DNA of 64,000 bases from Octopus sinensis (lineage: Eukaryota). The notes beneath the pieces are model-generated. The model searched no databases. It had not been told where the DNA came from and worked only from the letters and a program-made list of their open reading frames with translations. The DNA lies in contig NC_043013.1 of assembly GCF_006345805.1 (NCBI RefSeq), forward strand, positions 31,000,001 to 31,064,000, read 5' to 3'. Shown here piece after piece: positions 38,621-51,045 of the stretch (positions are counted from its first letter, which is position 1; each line of letters opens with the position of its first letter). Both the position numbers and the translations under genes were made by a program.

Positions 38621-40633
38621 ATTAGGATTGCATTAGGGTTTCAAATACACTCACTATATATATATAATTTAGACAAACAGCTGGGCCAACCAACAAATGC
38701 ATTTCCTGCATCTCATTCACAAAGGATGGCAACCAAGATGGTTAAACGCCAAGAGACAGGGAACCACGTTTTACATATGAGAGTGAACCATTGACTATTA
38801 GCTCTATATCTGAAGAAATCACGGATACTGAGCGGGTTTGTGAATAAATGTCGTGTCACTCTGTGATCGTGAAAGACGCATCTGACTCGTGTCATTTTGG
38901 TGGCTGTAAGTCTTATATCAAACTGGCATTGCACCCATGAACAGAGAAAGGACAGTTATTTTAGAATGTTCTTCTCTAACCTGTTCGAAAAAGCCTAGAG
39001 TTTTACAGATAAAAGTCAACGTCCATCCTAGACCTTAACTTATAGAGTGTTTGCGTCAATTGCCCACCATACACTTTGCTTAATTTGTATGGTGGGCAAT
39101 TGGCGCAATACACATTGCTTAATTTGAAGGTGGCTTTCTCGATCTCAGGAATTACTTGAACTTACGTTGTTAAAATTATTTGATGTGTCACGCTCTAAAT
39201 GTCGCAAGTTTTGCTCATGCCGTATGTTCAAGACATGTAATCACATCGACCACAACATTCCGAACACTTTGCATTTGAGATATATAGTTTCGTTTATTAC
39301 TGGTTACTATATTTGGTTGATTAACTTCAAGTCATTTTTGGTTTGAAAGCGATAGAGTCGAGAAAATTTGTATCCATGTAAATTGCTAATGGCATATATG
39401 CGACGGACTTATTCTCATACACTGTTTCTTACATGGGATAAGTTCGTTAATCCCAAACCAGTATAGTAATATATGCTTAGATATGGTCTACAAATGCTAA
39501 CATTAGGCATGTCCGTACATTATGTGCGCAAGTCTAATTTGACTGTAATGTTTTACAAATTTGATATAGTATTCTAAATTGCAATGTCCTTCAATAAAGT
39601 AAAAAGGCTTCTGGTGCTGTTTCTCCAAAACTGCTGGAACACCATGATTGCTATTAAGGAAGTGGCTTGTTTCCAGGTGTCAAGGTAAGTTATTAAATAA
39701 CGGTTTCTATCAATTACATATATTGGAAGTGAATGCAATACGAAAGTAGTTGCCTAGATAAGTTTGCGTGGAAAGAAGAATTTGGAATTACCACTTATGC
39801 TATTTCTAGGTCTTTTTGGTTAGTTGTGATATGGTGTTTCACAAGAAAATATAAATGTCCCCACTCGCCAAAGAAGTAGAAAAATCATAAAGAGCAATAA
39901 CATACGCCAACTTCTGTTTGCTGGCGCCCCAGACAAGCTGATCATTGATGCCAATATTCTGCCTAGAATCTACTAGAGATCTTAAAGAATATTTACGAGT
40001 GTTACACAGGCTCTGATACTTTGATAATATAATTTGTTTAAAACATTTTCTTTACATTAATAGTTGTTATTACAGATGAAACTCATTTTAGATGACGTAA
40101 CTAAATATTTTATGAATAAATGCTTCTATTTTGTTTACATTCACAAGCATACATACACATATACAGACACACCCACATACGTAAATACATATAAATACAC
40201 AAAAATACAGCGTAATTTGCTGTAATGCAATACATCAATAAAGTGTCCTTGGTATTTCAGAGAGCAAAGTTTAGATCAGCTCCCCACTTGTATTTATAAA
40301 TTCTTATATCGCATTACTTTGCAATTATATTACGCATGCAAGTGTAGGCTAGATTACCACAAGCGTGAGTCCTATAATATATACTTAACTAATTATTGGT
40401 ATTTAGGTATTTAAATACATTTAATGTTGCGCAAGTGGATAAATATACTCGGAATACCAATACAAATATAATTAGGAATTTCTTGTATCGCTGTTTAATG
40501 TTAATATCGCTTGCTGCCACTAATGTTATTTTTGTTATTATCAATAATTTACATTTGCCGCTGATAACAATCATGATAATAACATTTTTACCAGTATTCA
40601 TTTGAATGTTCACTCATTTATATATATATATTA

Positions 40634-40688
<55 letters not shown>

Positions 40689-40692
40689 TTAT

Positions 40693-40857
40693 GTTAGTTA
40701 GTTGGTTAATTTTTGGCTCAAAAAGCAAAAAGCAAGGCCATGTAGGGGACATGGAGTTATGGACAGGGTGGTGTTCATGTAAATAGTTCAGGCCACTTGT
40801 GGTCAAGGAGACTTTGAACCGAGCTGTCGTCGGCATCTTCACCATCTCGTCCGGCAT
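40693..40857 (-). mobile_element. 3' end of a second CR1/L2-type LINE family
   Basis: Minus strand: PDEMVKMPTTARFKVSL / DHKWPELFT-stop (pattern LP..VV.....FK..LD..W), short 3' UTR and an AACCAACTAACTAA tail. Confidence 0.7.
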
Positions 40858-41654
40858 ACATACATATATGTATGTATGTATGTATGTAGTATGTATGTAT
40901 GTATGTATGTATGTATGTATATATGTATATAGACATACATGCCGTAACGTATATTTGCCAACTAAGCGTGGCGTCGTATACAGAGCAGTGTTACTGATGT
41001 TTATAGCCCCAGACAGACATCTCCGCCAGCTGGCTAATGACACACATTCTGTGTCCGATGAGTCATCTCTCCCATCTCTAGCGTTTACCAATCCTCAACG
41101 TGTGTTAATATCCTGCTAGTGATGGAAGATCATTCCACTCACAAATTAGTATATATTTTTCTAGCGACTCACTGTCACTGATCTCGTAGAAGAGAGAGAA
41201 AGTTACGTTAAATCTCCGAGCGAGATATAAACAGTGGCAGTATATTCGCCATGTTCTGTACTGAAATTCTATTGAATTTAGCGCGAGCCTATTCAAGACG
41301 TAACCGATTACATCGAGGTGAGATAGGTATATTTTAATTTTAAGGTACGGCAAGACCTGCTGAGGAGAATTGTGGCTCTAGGCAGAATTCGAAATCCTGA
41401 TCCAGCTATATCTGTTACCTCATTCTACGACATTTTAGGTGAGATAGTACGTTACATTCTACCCTTTGCCCGATTTCTCTTGGTCCTTTGCATATTTTTA
41501 ATAAGATTGGTGTTTAAGTTGGGGCTTTTATTCTTCCACTTTTTAGCATGCCAGTGCCTCGTGTACCTTCAAATATAATTATGTATATATATATATATAT
41601 AATTATAAATATATCATTATATATATATACACACACAAATGCACACACACACGC

Positions 41655-42350
41655 ACGAGAATCATTCCAGAAGTTTTGAGACTCTTGTAGCAGAGCAAGT
41701 TATAACTGTTCTAAACCATTGTAGTTTTAGTATATCATCTTCATACATATTCCCCCCCCCCCGATAATTTTTGCTCACCAGCTGATTTTTGTTATTGTGT
41801 GTTAGAGAAAACGGCTATAACAGCACCTGATGGACATTTGAAAACTCGCTAAAATATAAAATTTCGTTCTAATCTGTGCTAAAACGCTACGGAAACTTAA
41901 ATAAAATGCCAGACTGCTTATGATTTATGATTTAAATTTTATCAGCAGGGCATCTATTATCTGTTTATGTCGGCGCAAGAGGCCAGATGAAGCAAGTCCA
42001 AAGGGACGGTCGTGGTGATCCCCTTTGTCGAGAATATGTCCATCATCTACATCCACTTTTTGTCCCTGCTGGTCGGACTGTCAACAAAGCGTAAATTGTT
42101 GAAGTCTTGAGGAATTTGTAGAAGAAATTTCGCTGCAAAAGACCGGTGTACCTGAATCAGGACAATGCACCAGTCTACAATTCAATCCTTCAAAAAGATG
42201 AGCATCACAACTGTTCCTTACCCACGCTACAGTCCAGACCTCGCTCCCTGTGACAAGAGTTCTGAAACTCTTCAGTTTTTGAGAACGTCTATGCGGTCTT
42301 TAAGAAGTGGCTGGAGTGCTTTATGAAGTGCATTGATGTCAGACGGAATT
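41655..42350 (+). mobile_element. Decayed mariner transposon
   Basis: QDNAPVY...TVPYPRYSPDLAPCD (mariner DD34D motifs), IIYIHF.PAGRTVN, KKFRCKRP. The left end resembles a mariner-type TIR; the right TIR was not found. Confidence 0.8.
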
Positions 42351-43002
42351 AATTTTAAGGAGATTAGATTTGTGTACTTTTTAAAAATATGTGAGTGTGT
42401 GCAAGTGTATGTGTGCGTATTTGTGAGTGTATGTGTGTGTCTGTCTCTATGTGTCTCTAATGTGTTTATATATGTATGTGAATATATAATATGCAGATAC
42501 AAACATACACACATACATGTATATTAACCGTGTTAGTGCTAATTCCAGAGATGTTTTGAAAGACAGATGATGAACGAAAGTTTATATAAAATTGGAAAAT
42601 TATTCAATTATAAATCATTCGAAAATTTTCTAATAAGAATAATTTTGAAGAGGTTGTAAAGTCCACATAGAAATTTCCAACACAAAAAGGAAGATTTTTG
42701 AAAAAATATTTCCGTGGCTATACACACATGACGTTGTAATCTTAGATACGTGTTATCTATTATTTTGTGTATACAAGAAATATAAACACTCTGAAAAGAT
42801 CTATATACAATCGTTCTGAAGGAAATTGATGTCTCCTTCATGTTCCTCTCTGTGATCGAAACGTGGAAATATTTCAAATTGAAAAGGTAATGATTATAAC
42901 AACTGTTTTGAACAAAATCGAATTGATTTTGTAATTTAGTTTATGCAACTGTTGTATGACTGTAATCGTAGATCTGAAACAAATGTTAATATACTTCACT
43001 AC

Positions 43003-43212
43003 ATGGCGGCGAGCAGAAACATTAGCACGCTGGGTGAAATGCTTAGCGATAGTTCGTCTGTCTTTACGTTCTGAGTTCAAATTCCGCCGAGGTCGACTTT
43101 GCCTTTCATCCTTTCGAAGTCGATAAATTAAGTACCAGTTACATAATGGGGCTAATCTAATCGACTGGCCCCCTCTCCAAATATTTACGGCCTTGTGCCT
43201 AGAGCAGAAACG
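43003..43212 (+). mobile_element. SINE family B (tail type 2) with 15-bp TSD
   Basis: GGCGGCGAGCAGAAAC..GAGTTCAAATTCCGCCGAGGTCGACTTTGCCTTTCATCC; TSD AATATACTT(C/T)ACTAC at 42988-43002 and 43213-43227. Confidence 0.9.
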
Positions 43213-43229
43213 AATATACTTTACTACTC

Positions 43230-43635
43230 AAGCAGTGAGCTGTCAGATTCATCAGCACACCGTGCAAAATGCCAAGCGGAATTTCCTACGCCTTTACGTT
43301 CAAAGTTCAAATTCAGCCGAGGATTGACTTTGCCTTTCATTCGTTCGGGGTCGATAAAATAACAATGTACCAAGTAAGATTTAGAGTCGATGTAATCAAC
43401 CTATTCCATCCTCCGAAATGATTAGCATTGTGCCAAAATTTGAAACCAATTTTACTCTGCTGCTACGGTGGAGATCTTGCAGAATCGTTAGTACATCAAT
43501 TAAAATGCTTAACCCCATTCATATTACGTTGAGTTTGGCTTTTCCGGATCGCTAAACCAAGTATCAACTAAGCATTAGAGGTCGATATATTTGACTAGCA
43601 CCTTCACCCAAATGTTCCGGCTATGAGCTTATATT
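43230..43635 (+). mobile_element. Two older SINE family B copies directly downstream, same orientation
   Basis: GTTCAAATTCAGCCGAGGATTGACTTTGCCTTTCAT near 43305 and GCAGAATCGTTAG..GGTCGATATATTTGACT at 43479-43597. Confidence 0.75.
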
Positions 43636-44066
43636 AAATAAGCAAGACATTTTTCTCTACTACATCGATGTCTCCTATACCTGTAAAGTGCAAATGACCA
43701 CAAATAGACCCACTATTACACGGAAGAAATTACAATAAGGAGGTCGCCAAATTAACATGTAGCATCTAAAAGATAAAATGATATATGTATCCGAAAGGCT
43801 TTTTAAAAGTTAGATGTTCTCAATCATTTGTCATGCAAATTATATAAACAAAATATATGTTGTATTTATAATTGACTTTGTCTTAAATTTCGTTCCATAG
43901 CTTATATTCAATTATCGTACAAATGTCTATAATAGAATATGACATGGAATTTGGTCAATAGTTCATTATTCAATTGACATACAAACAATCTAAATGCTAT
44001 ATGTATAATAATCTTCGATTTTGTGTCGTTGTTAAGTGATACAAAAGTAGATTGTTTCAGTACACT

Positions 44067-44188
44067 ATTATAGATTATAAATACACACACACACCACACA
44101 TATCTCTCTCTCTGTCTTTCTGTTTATCTATGTATCTGTCTGTCTGTCTCTCTCTCTCTCTTTCTCTCTCCCTCTCTCTCTCTCTCTG

Positions 44189-44239
<51 letters not shown>

Positions 44240-44248
44240 TATATATAT

Positions 44249-44298
<50 letters not shown>

Positions 44299-44378
44299 CT
44301 GACTAGATTATAGATTATAAATACACACACACACCACACATATCTCTCTCTCTGTCTTTCTGTTTATCTATGTATCTG

Positions 44379-44419
<41 letters not shown>

Positions 44420-44420
44420 G

Positions 44421-44451
<31 letters not shown>

Positions 44452-44473
44452 ATATATATATATATACTGACTA
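44067..44473. repeat. Tandem duplication of a compound-microsatellite cassette
   Basis: ATTATAGATTATAAATACACACACACACCACACATATC starts at 44067 and 44307; both units end CTGACTA. Confidence 0.9.
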
Positions 44474-45204
44474 TAGCATAAGCACTCATATATACTTACG
44501 TGTGTATTTCTGTACCTGTGTGAGTTTCTATATCTATGTGTGTGTATATTATTTATACATCAACCTCATACCGTGCAAAGTGTTACTGCTATCAAGATAA
44601 TATACATGCGTGTATGGCTGTGTTTGACAGAGAGAGAAAGAGAAGATTGTGTATCCATAATAATAATAATAATAATAAAAATAATAATAATATATGTGCA
44701 GGTATACATACACAATGTTTTCTCTCTCTCCCTCTCTCTCTCTCTCTCACTCACTCACTCTCTATCTCATGCAAACACACACATAAACTCATACATATTT
44801 CTACATATATCTGTATTGGTTTCTAATTCTGTATTGTCTCGTACCTCTAAACTTGCGTCCATTATGTTGTGGCTCAATGTGACTTGCAATTCATTGAAAC
44901 TTTTAAGAAAAAGACATTTATTTATGAGTCGAGAACGAAGTTTCAGAGCTCGGTAACAACGACTACAGCAACGGCAAAATAAAAGTTGTTTCAGAACAAC
45001 ATGTATAAATAATTCCTTGTATCTGATAAAGCTTGTTATGTTTCTTCGTCCCTCTCACGTCACAAATGGATAACCTGATCTGTTGCACAGAATCCAAATA
45101 CAATAGAATGCACGCTATGAAAGTTTGGTATGTGAAGCTGAAACGGTTTTATGTTGAAATATTTTGATGCTGCTGTTGATAGTTTTCGAGTAGCTGCTGA
45201 ATAG

Positions 45205-45380
45205 TTCCAGGAGGATCTGCTAATTATGATTTTATTCAACATATTTCCCTCTCAGATTCACACTTATTACAACGCTCTTTCAGTGTTTGTAAGTGCTGTA
45301 AAAGAACTCGAAATATAGGTTCTCTAGCCAGGTCGTTCGAGAGATCCTTAAAGTCAGGGGCTTTTCAGCATCCCTTCATA
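45205..45380 (+). mobile_element. Partial copy of the mariner-type MITE at 61105-61331
   Basis: CAGGAGG..TAATTATGATTTT.TTCAA..CTTATT.CA.CG..AGAACTCG.AA and a right TIR CCTTAAAGTCAGGGGCTTTTCAGCATCCCTTCATA. Confidence 0.75.
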
Positions 45381-45588
45381 TGTGAATTTCCTTACGTCGC
45401 AGTTCGTCGGGTTACGTGCAGGCATATATTGCAGAAACACCATCAGCCATAAGACATTGCAGGATATACTGGTTACATTTGAGGAATTTATGCCTCCTCC
45501 TTTCAGTAATGGCTTGATATATTGGGGAACAGCCAACGGCGTTGGAGAGCTTAATGATTAAATTTGTTGTTGAAAAATATGTGTTCAC

Positions 45589-46202
45589 ATGAAGTATTGG
45601 AAACCATCTGAATATTGACAAAGGGTTACCTTTGTCATGATGATTCGCGCCAAGTATCATAATGCCGACATCATGACTGCTGTTCAATGCTCTGTGAAGG
45701 CTGTCAGATGTGACATGGAGCAGTTGCAATGGAGAGTACGAAGCCGTGGCGGAAGGAAACAGAAGAGCAATCATCCTGACTGCATCTATACATCGGCGTT
45801 CATCCCCACATCATAGAACAGGGCCTTACGCTCAATTCAGACGGTTATGTGAAGCCGCTGGGGACTGCATCAACCTCTGATGTGTACAGTCAGGGTGTAT
45901 ATGTGTAGTAGAAGGATTTGGCTCCTGTCCATATTATCGGAAGGAGTCAGACGTGGTTGTGAGAGAACTTCTTCGATTTCATCGGCCTTCATTTCTGACT
46001 TTCTAATTCCCCCAATTGTAATCCTATGGATAAGAATGAGTGGAGTGCAGCAGCGAAAGATCCCTATAGTTCTATCAGCAACACCAATGCCCAGCTGGTG
46101 GCCAAATTCGGTAAGGTCTTCGATTATCTTCTCAGGGACGCAGTGAAGAACGCATGCGTCTTGCGACCGTAGTTGGACTTTAAGAGCGGCTACTTTCAGT
46201 AA
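45589..46202 (+). mobile_element. Decayed, internally deleted DD37D (maT)-like transposase
   Basis: MKYWKPSE..MIRAKYHNADIMTAVQCS, PHIIEQGLTLNSDGYVK, KDLAPVH..SQTWL.ENFFDF..NSPNCNPMD..W, LLRDAVKNAC, SGYFQ-stop. Fits the maT pattern QDSAP.H / WPPNSPD.NP.D. TIRs not resolved. Confidence 0.75.
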
Positions 46203-46354
46203 ACTGTTAACTCCCAGCCATATCTATTTGAATTTTTTTTTTTTTGATCTTTTAAAACACTTTTATTTTTATGCAAATGTCAATTTTCATCCGAACACGT
46301 TGTATATCTACTAACATTAGAAATTGATGTAAATAATACAAAACATGTGGAGTA

Positions 46355-46406
<52 letters not shown>

Positions 46407-48294
46407 TTTTAACGCGTTAATCCAAATGTAGATATTTTCTAATTTAAAGATTTTCGGTTTTTTTTTTTCTTTTTTACAATTGCTCAGAATATTTGCGATT
46501 ATACTTGAAAATATTATTTAAAGAATTTTCTATTTATTTTGTATTTCTTCCTTTGTTATCAGTTACGTCTGCCAATCACACGAAGGCAACGTATATTCTA
46601 CGCTTATTCTCACACTTTAGTAATCTCTTGAAATATATTCTGCAAGTCCTCATAAACAATCTTCAAACTCATTTTACTCCAATTCTCCTCCAGCAAAGGT
46701 ATCTGGCAGAAACCAAAAAATATTCATAGACGATTTTAGAACACACTTCCACTACCTTATGACAAACATTCAATTTTTCATCGCTCAAAATTCCGGGGCG
46801 TCCTTTTTTCATTCTTTTAGTAAGAAACATTATTTATTGCTGTATTTTTTATTAATGAAATATTATCGCTGGTTCCCTACATTCAACATACTGTCACACG
46901 CTTTGTCAGGTTTCTACAATAAAGTAGCGTCCACAATTTCATTGTTACACGGAATTATTTTGAAAATCATTTTGATGAAATCTTTATACACAGCCTACGT
47001 CGATCAAATTAGACTGCGTATATGAACGTGTATGCATAGATTTGCACAAAATCTTTCAGGTATACTAGCACGTGCATATGTATGGAAATTCTTCAACATA
47101 TTATGCAAGGAAAGGCTATTCACGTGCACCAGCGTTTGGAACCGGCGTTGCCGCAGGCGTGGCTACCAGCATGCAAAGCGGCAGGAACAGATATTCAAGG
47201 CATCTAACCCGATCGCCTAAAATTCCGCCAATCTCTAGCCACGTATTGGTATTTATTCTCTTCCAAGAAAGGCTGAGAAGCAAAGTTGATATCATTGAGA
47301 TCTGAAAACAGTGCGCAAGGATCGGGAATAAATACCATGATGCATTCTTATGATTCGCCGTCTTTGTAACTGCATTTTAACAGGCAGAACATATTTGCGG
47401 TGTTGTAAGCTGATAGAGATCAAGATACACTTAGAAAAGTTAACTCTAAAACAATATATTGACGTATTTAAATGATAGATATATCCACCGCTGTAAGGGT
47501 TGTATGATTTACATTGGTTCAATTGAATAGAACTTTGTGTTTACTGTTGAATGATGGCTTGTTAATATGTTGTATACTATTACATTATGTGTCGTATATC
47601 ATTACCTTTATTTCTCTGGGGCATTGTAAACTGCAGTAGGGTATTTTATAGCAAATATATCAAATAGTTCTGTTATTTTCTAACAAGCATTGTTTTGATT
47701 TCTACGCTATAATATACTTCCTTTCATTTCTTTAACAATGCTCCAGTGTTATCGCTATGAATTATTATAATAAGAATTTAATGATTGCTTACATTAATGT
47801 CTGCCGTCGACGCATCTACAAGAGTTCATGATGACTACCACTACCACCAAGAAATTTAATACGATCATATTAAATTCTACTTTGGCAGAAGTTCAAGCAT
47901 TTCTTTACGAAGGGTTAGTCAAATATATCGACATACATTATTGATACGTATTACATTAACCATTCCGTATTTACATTTATCGAAACGATTAAAAGTTTTG
48001 GAATGGGTTTGAACATAGAGATTTAGGGATTGCATGTAAATGCCGGACGACATTTGATCTGATGTTGTTTATCTGATGTGTATTAATTACCTCTAAGGTA
48101 CCAATAGCACTGATACGAACCAATCATCGTAAACAGTCAGCCCATGTGTATACAGAAAACTTACCTATAATCACGAACCCCCGTAGCAACACCAATAACC
48201 CTTCCTACTCATACTCATCATTCTCCACCTCCTCCTACCCTCCTCCTCGTCATTATCATCGTCATCATTTCCCGTAAGAAATATACATTTTTTT

Positions 48295-48695
48295 TTATCT
48301 TTTATATTTTACTTATTTCAGATATTACACAGAGGTCATGCTGGGGCAACGCCTTCGAGAATTTAATCGAACTAATCAACCCCAGTACTTATTTTCTTTT
48401 TTAGCCTAGTACTTATTCTACCAGTGTCTTTGTCCGAACCGCTTAGTTACGGGGACGTAAGCATAGTAATACCGGTCATCAAGCGGCGATGGGGGACAAG
48501 CTCAGAGACAAAGACACACACACACACACACACACACACATTTACATATCTATATACGACGGGGTTTTTTTCTTCAGTTTCCGTCTACTAAATCCACTCA
48601 TAATGTTTTGGTTGGCAAAAGTCTATAGCAGAAAACACTTACGCAAGATGCCAAGCAGGGAATTTGAACCCAGAACCATGTGGCTGCGAAGCAAA
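48295..48695 (-). mobile_element. SINE family A, older diverged copy
   Basis: ccgaaccgcttagttacggggacgtaa..ttcagtttccgtctactaaatccactca..gaacccagaaccatgtgg. Confidence 0.8.
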
Positions 48696-49368
48696 TCTGC
48701 ATACCTCTCGACCTATTTACACACCTATCTACCTTTTTATCTTTCAATGTATCTACCTAGCTCCGTATATATATATATATAATTTTAGTTAACATCACTA
48801 CCACAACAACATTTATAGCAACATCACCACCGCTCTTTTGATAATAATGACACCTCGTTCAGCGATCATATAAAATTAAGGAGGGTTGTGTCATAACTAC
48901 CAAACCTGTCGTCATTATCAATAACAGTCGTCACACTAGCCATATAGATAAGAGCTGACACAAATACAGCCAAAAGCGTTCTGTCCACTAGAATCACAAC
49001 AACTATTACGACTATAAAAACCGTCAACACACTGTCTGGTTCAGAGTCACTACAGCCATCTCCATAACAGTTGCAACGTTGAAGCACGTAATAAACTTCA
49101 TAAAAGCAAACAAACTACTGCCACGGCCAATGATATCATCTCCACAATCAGACTCTAACTAATAGGTTTAAGTAAATCGAGAAAAATTTATCCAGACAAT
49201 AGACACTTTAACGATCTCATTGCTAGACATTTAATACTAACAAACATTGCTGATGTGAAAGAAAATATATATTTCAGCTTATTTATTATCAATGTTGTTG
49301 AAGCAAATATATATATTTATTTAAACATTTCGCACAAAACCCGTCTAACTTTGCCTCATTTGTATATA

Positions 49369-49655
49369 AAGGGAAAGTTTACGAAAATAAACAAAAGACG
49401 AAGGCAAGTGGTGTACAAACAAACAGATGTATTAGTATAGCGCTCAGGAATACAAAATGTCTTTTACGTTTCGAGCCTACGCTCTTCTACAGAAAGGTAC
49501 ACAGAAACAAGCAAGGAGAGAAACAAGGAGAGAAAAAAAGGAGAGAAAAAAGGGAGAGAAAAAAGAGAAAAAAAAGAGAGAAAAAAGGAGAGAATAAAGG
49601 AGGGAAACAAGGAGAGAAAAAATGTTTGTAGTATCTAACGATCTATCATGGCGTC
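49369..49655 (-). mobile_element. Short Penelope-pLTR/retrozyme-like element with a hammerhead-type motif and internal minisatellite
   Basis: Minus strand CTTT-CTGTAGA-A-GAGC-GTAG-GCTC-GAAA-CGTA-AAAG. TGTATATA direct repeat at 49361-49368 and 49656-49663. Shares motifs with 62363-62575. Confidence 0.6.
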
Positions 49656-50499
49656 TGTATATACTTTGTATATACTTGTTTAATATTCTATCACTAAGAT
49701 TAAACCAACTTTCTCTGAATACAAATGTTTCTGTGAAAGTATTCGAGCAGTAGGTAGTGGATACCAGAATCAGTAAAACGGCAAAGAAAATGTTTGTCCG
49801 TATTTTGTTGCGTCAATTTCATATCTAAGTTTAAGTTTTCAGGCGTTCAGAAATCTTTCAAGTTTCACAAAGAACATTTCCGAATTTCTAAACACCCGTT
49901 TTGTATGATATGGGAAATAATGGAAATAATTAATACAAACAAAAAACAGTGCTTTATTTAAATGTTTGATAAAAATTCCAGCTGGTGTCGATTAGCGTTT
50001 AGTGTTTCAGTTGTCAATAGGTTAAAAATAATCAAGTACATGGTTGATATAATCAACAATAATCACGTTTACAAATTTCTGAGCCACAGCCTTGTTCATT
50101 GGCGGTTGAAATGTCAAATGCTGATTATGAAATACCACGATTATCAACAATCTAACCTATTGAAATGTTGTGTAGATGTTTATATTTGAAAAATTTGTTT
50201 TATTTTCTAAAGTTGAAGTAAATAATCCTAAGATGTAATATTTATTATTATTATTGCACAATGTTTGCAGAAATCGCTGCGTAAGTTACAATTACTCACG
50301 CCTCCAGAAAGTCTACGATGCATACAGTTAGTAATCCACCATTGCAGCATTAAAAATAATAGAAGTGTACATTTAATATTACTGGAGACAATGATATAAA
50401 ATATAGTAATAACAATAGTAGAGATAATAATATCGATTAAATCATTGGCTCAAAACCTCAAAGTACAGATAATAATATTAGGAATAATAGTAATGATGT

Positions 50500-50705
50500 T
50501 CCTTTCATATTTTCACACAAGGCCAGTAATTTTAAGAGGTGGATAAATCCACTACATCGAATTCACTGGCCAAATGATATGTCTTTTATCGATCTCGAAA
50601 GGATAAAAGGCAAAGTCGACCTCGGCGAACACAGAATGTAATGACAGGCAAATTGCCCCTAAACAGTTTGTCGGGAGAGCTAGACATTCTTCCAGTTCAC
50701 CGATC
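50500..50705 (-). mobile_element. SINE family B (tail type 2), degenerate
   Basis: tcgatctcgaaaggataaaaggcaaagtcgacctcggcg is the reverse complement of the family B body. Confidence 0.75.
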
Positions 50706-51045
50706 CAAACTTATCACTAATATTAAAATCAAATTGGTAACATTCCTTGCTGTTTTTAACTAACAAATTTTAAGCAATAAACCGTGACTTAGAATATTTT
50801 ATGTAAATCAAAAAATACCATGAGAATGTACGTACCTTTGCAAAAAAGAAACAAGTGTATTTATACGGTACCTACAAATACGCATTAAAGCGAAGATGAT
50901 GGACCTCCAATGACAGAAGGTCTAAGGAAAGCACTTACAAGTATTTTACATGCAGTTCAACATGTAAAATAGCCTGTCTCACTGAGAAATTAACAGGGGA
51001 AGTCTGACACTGAAAGGGCGGAGAGCGGAAGCAAACGCATATATT

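Noticed and set aside
39670-39690. TTTCCAG-GTGTCAAG-GTAAGT as an 8-nt microexon
   Set aside because: Weak pyrimidine tract, frame-shifting length and no supporting exons; expected by chance in 64 kb.
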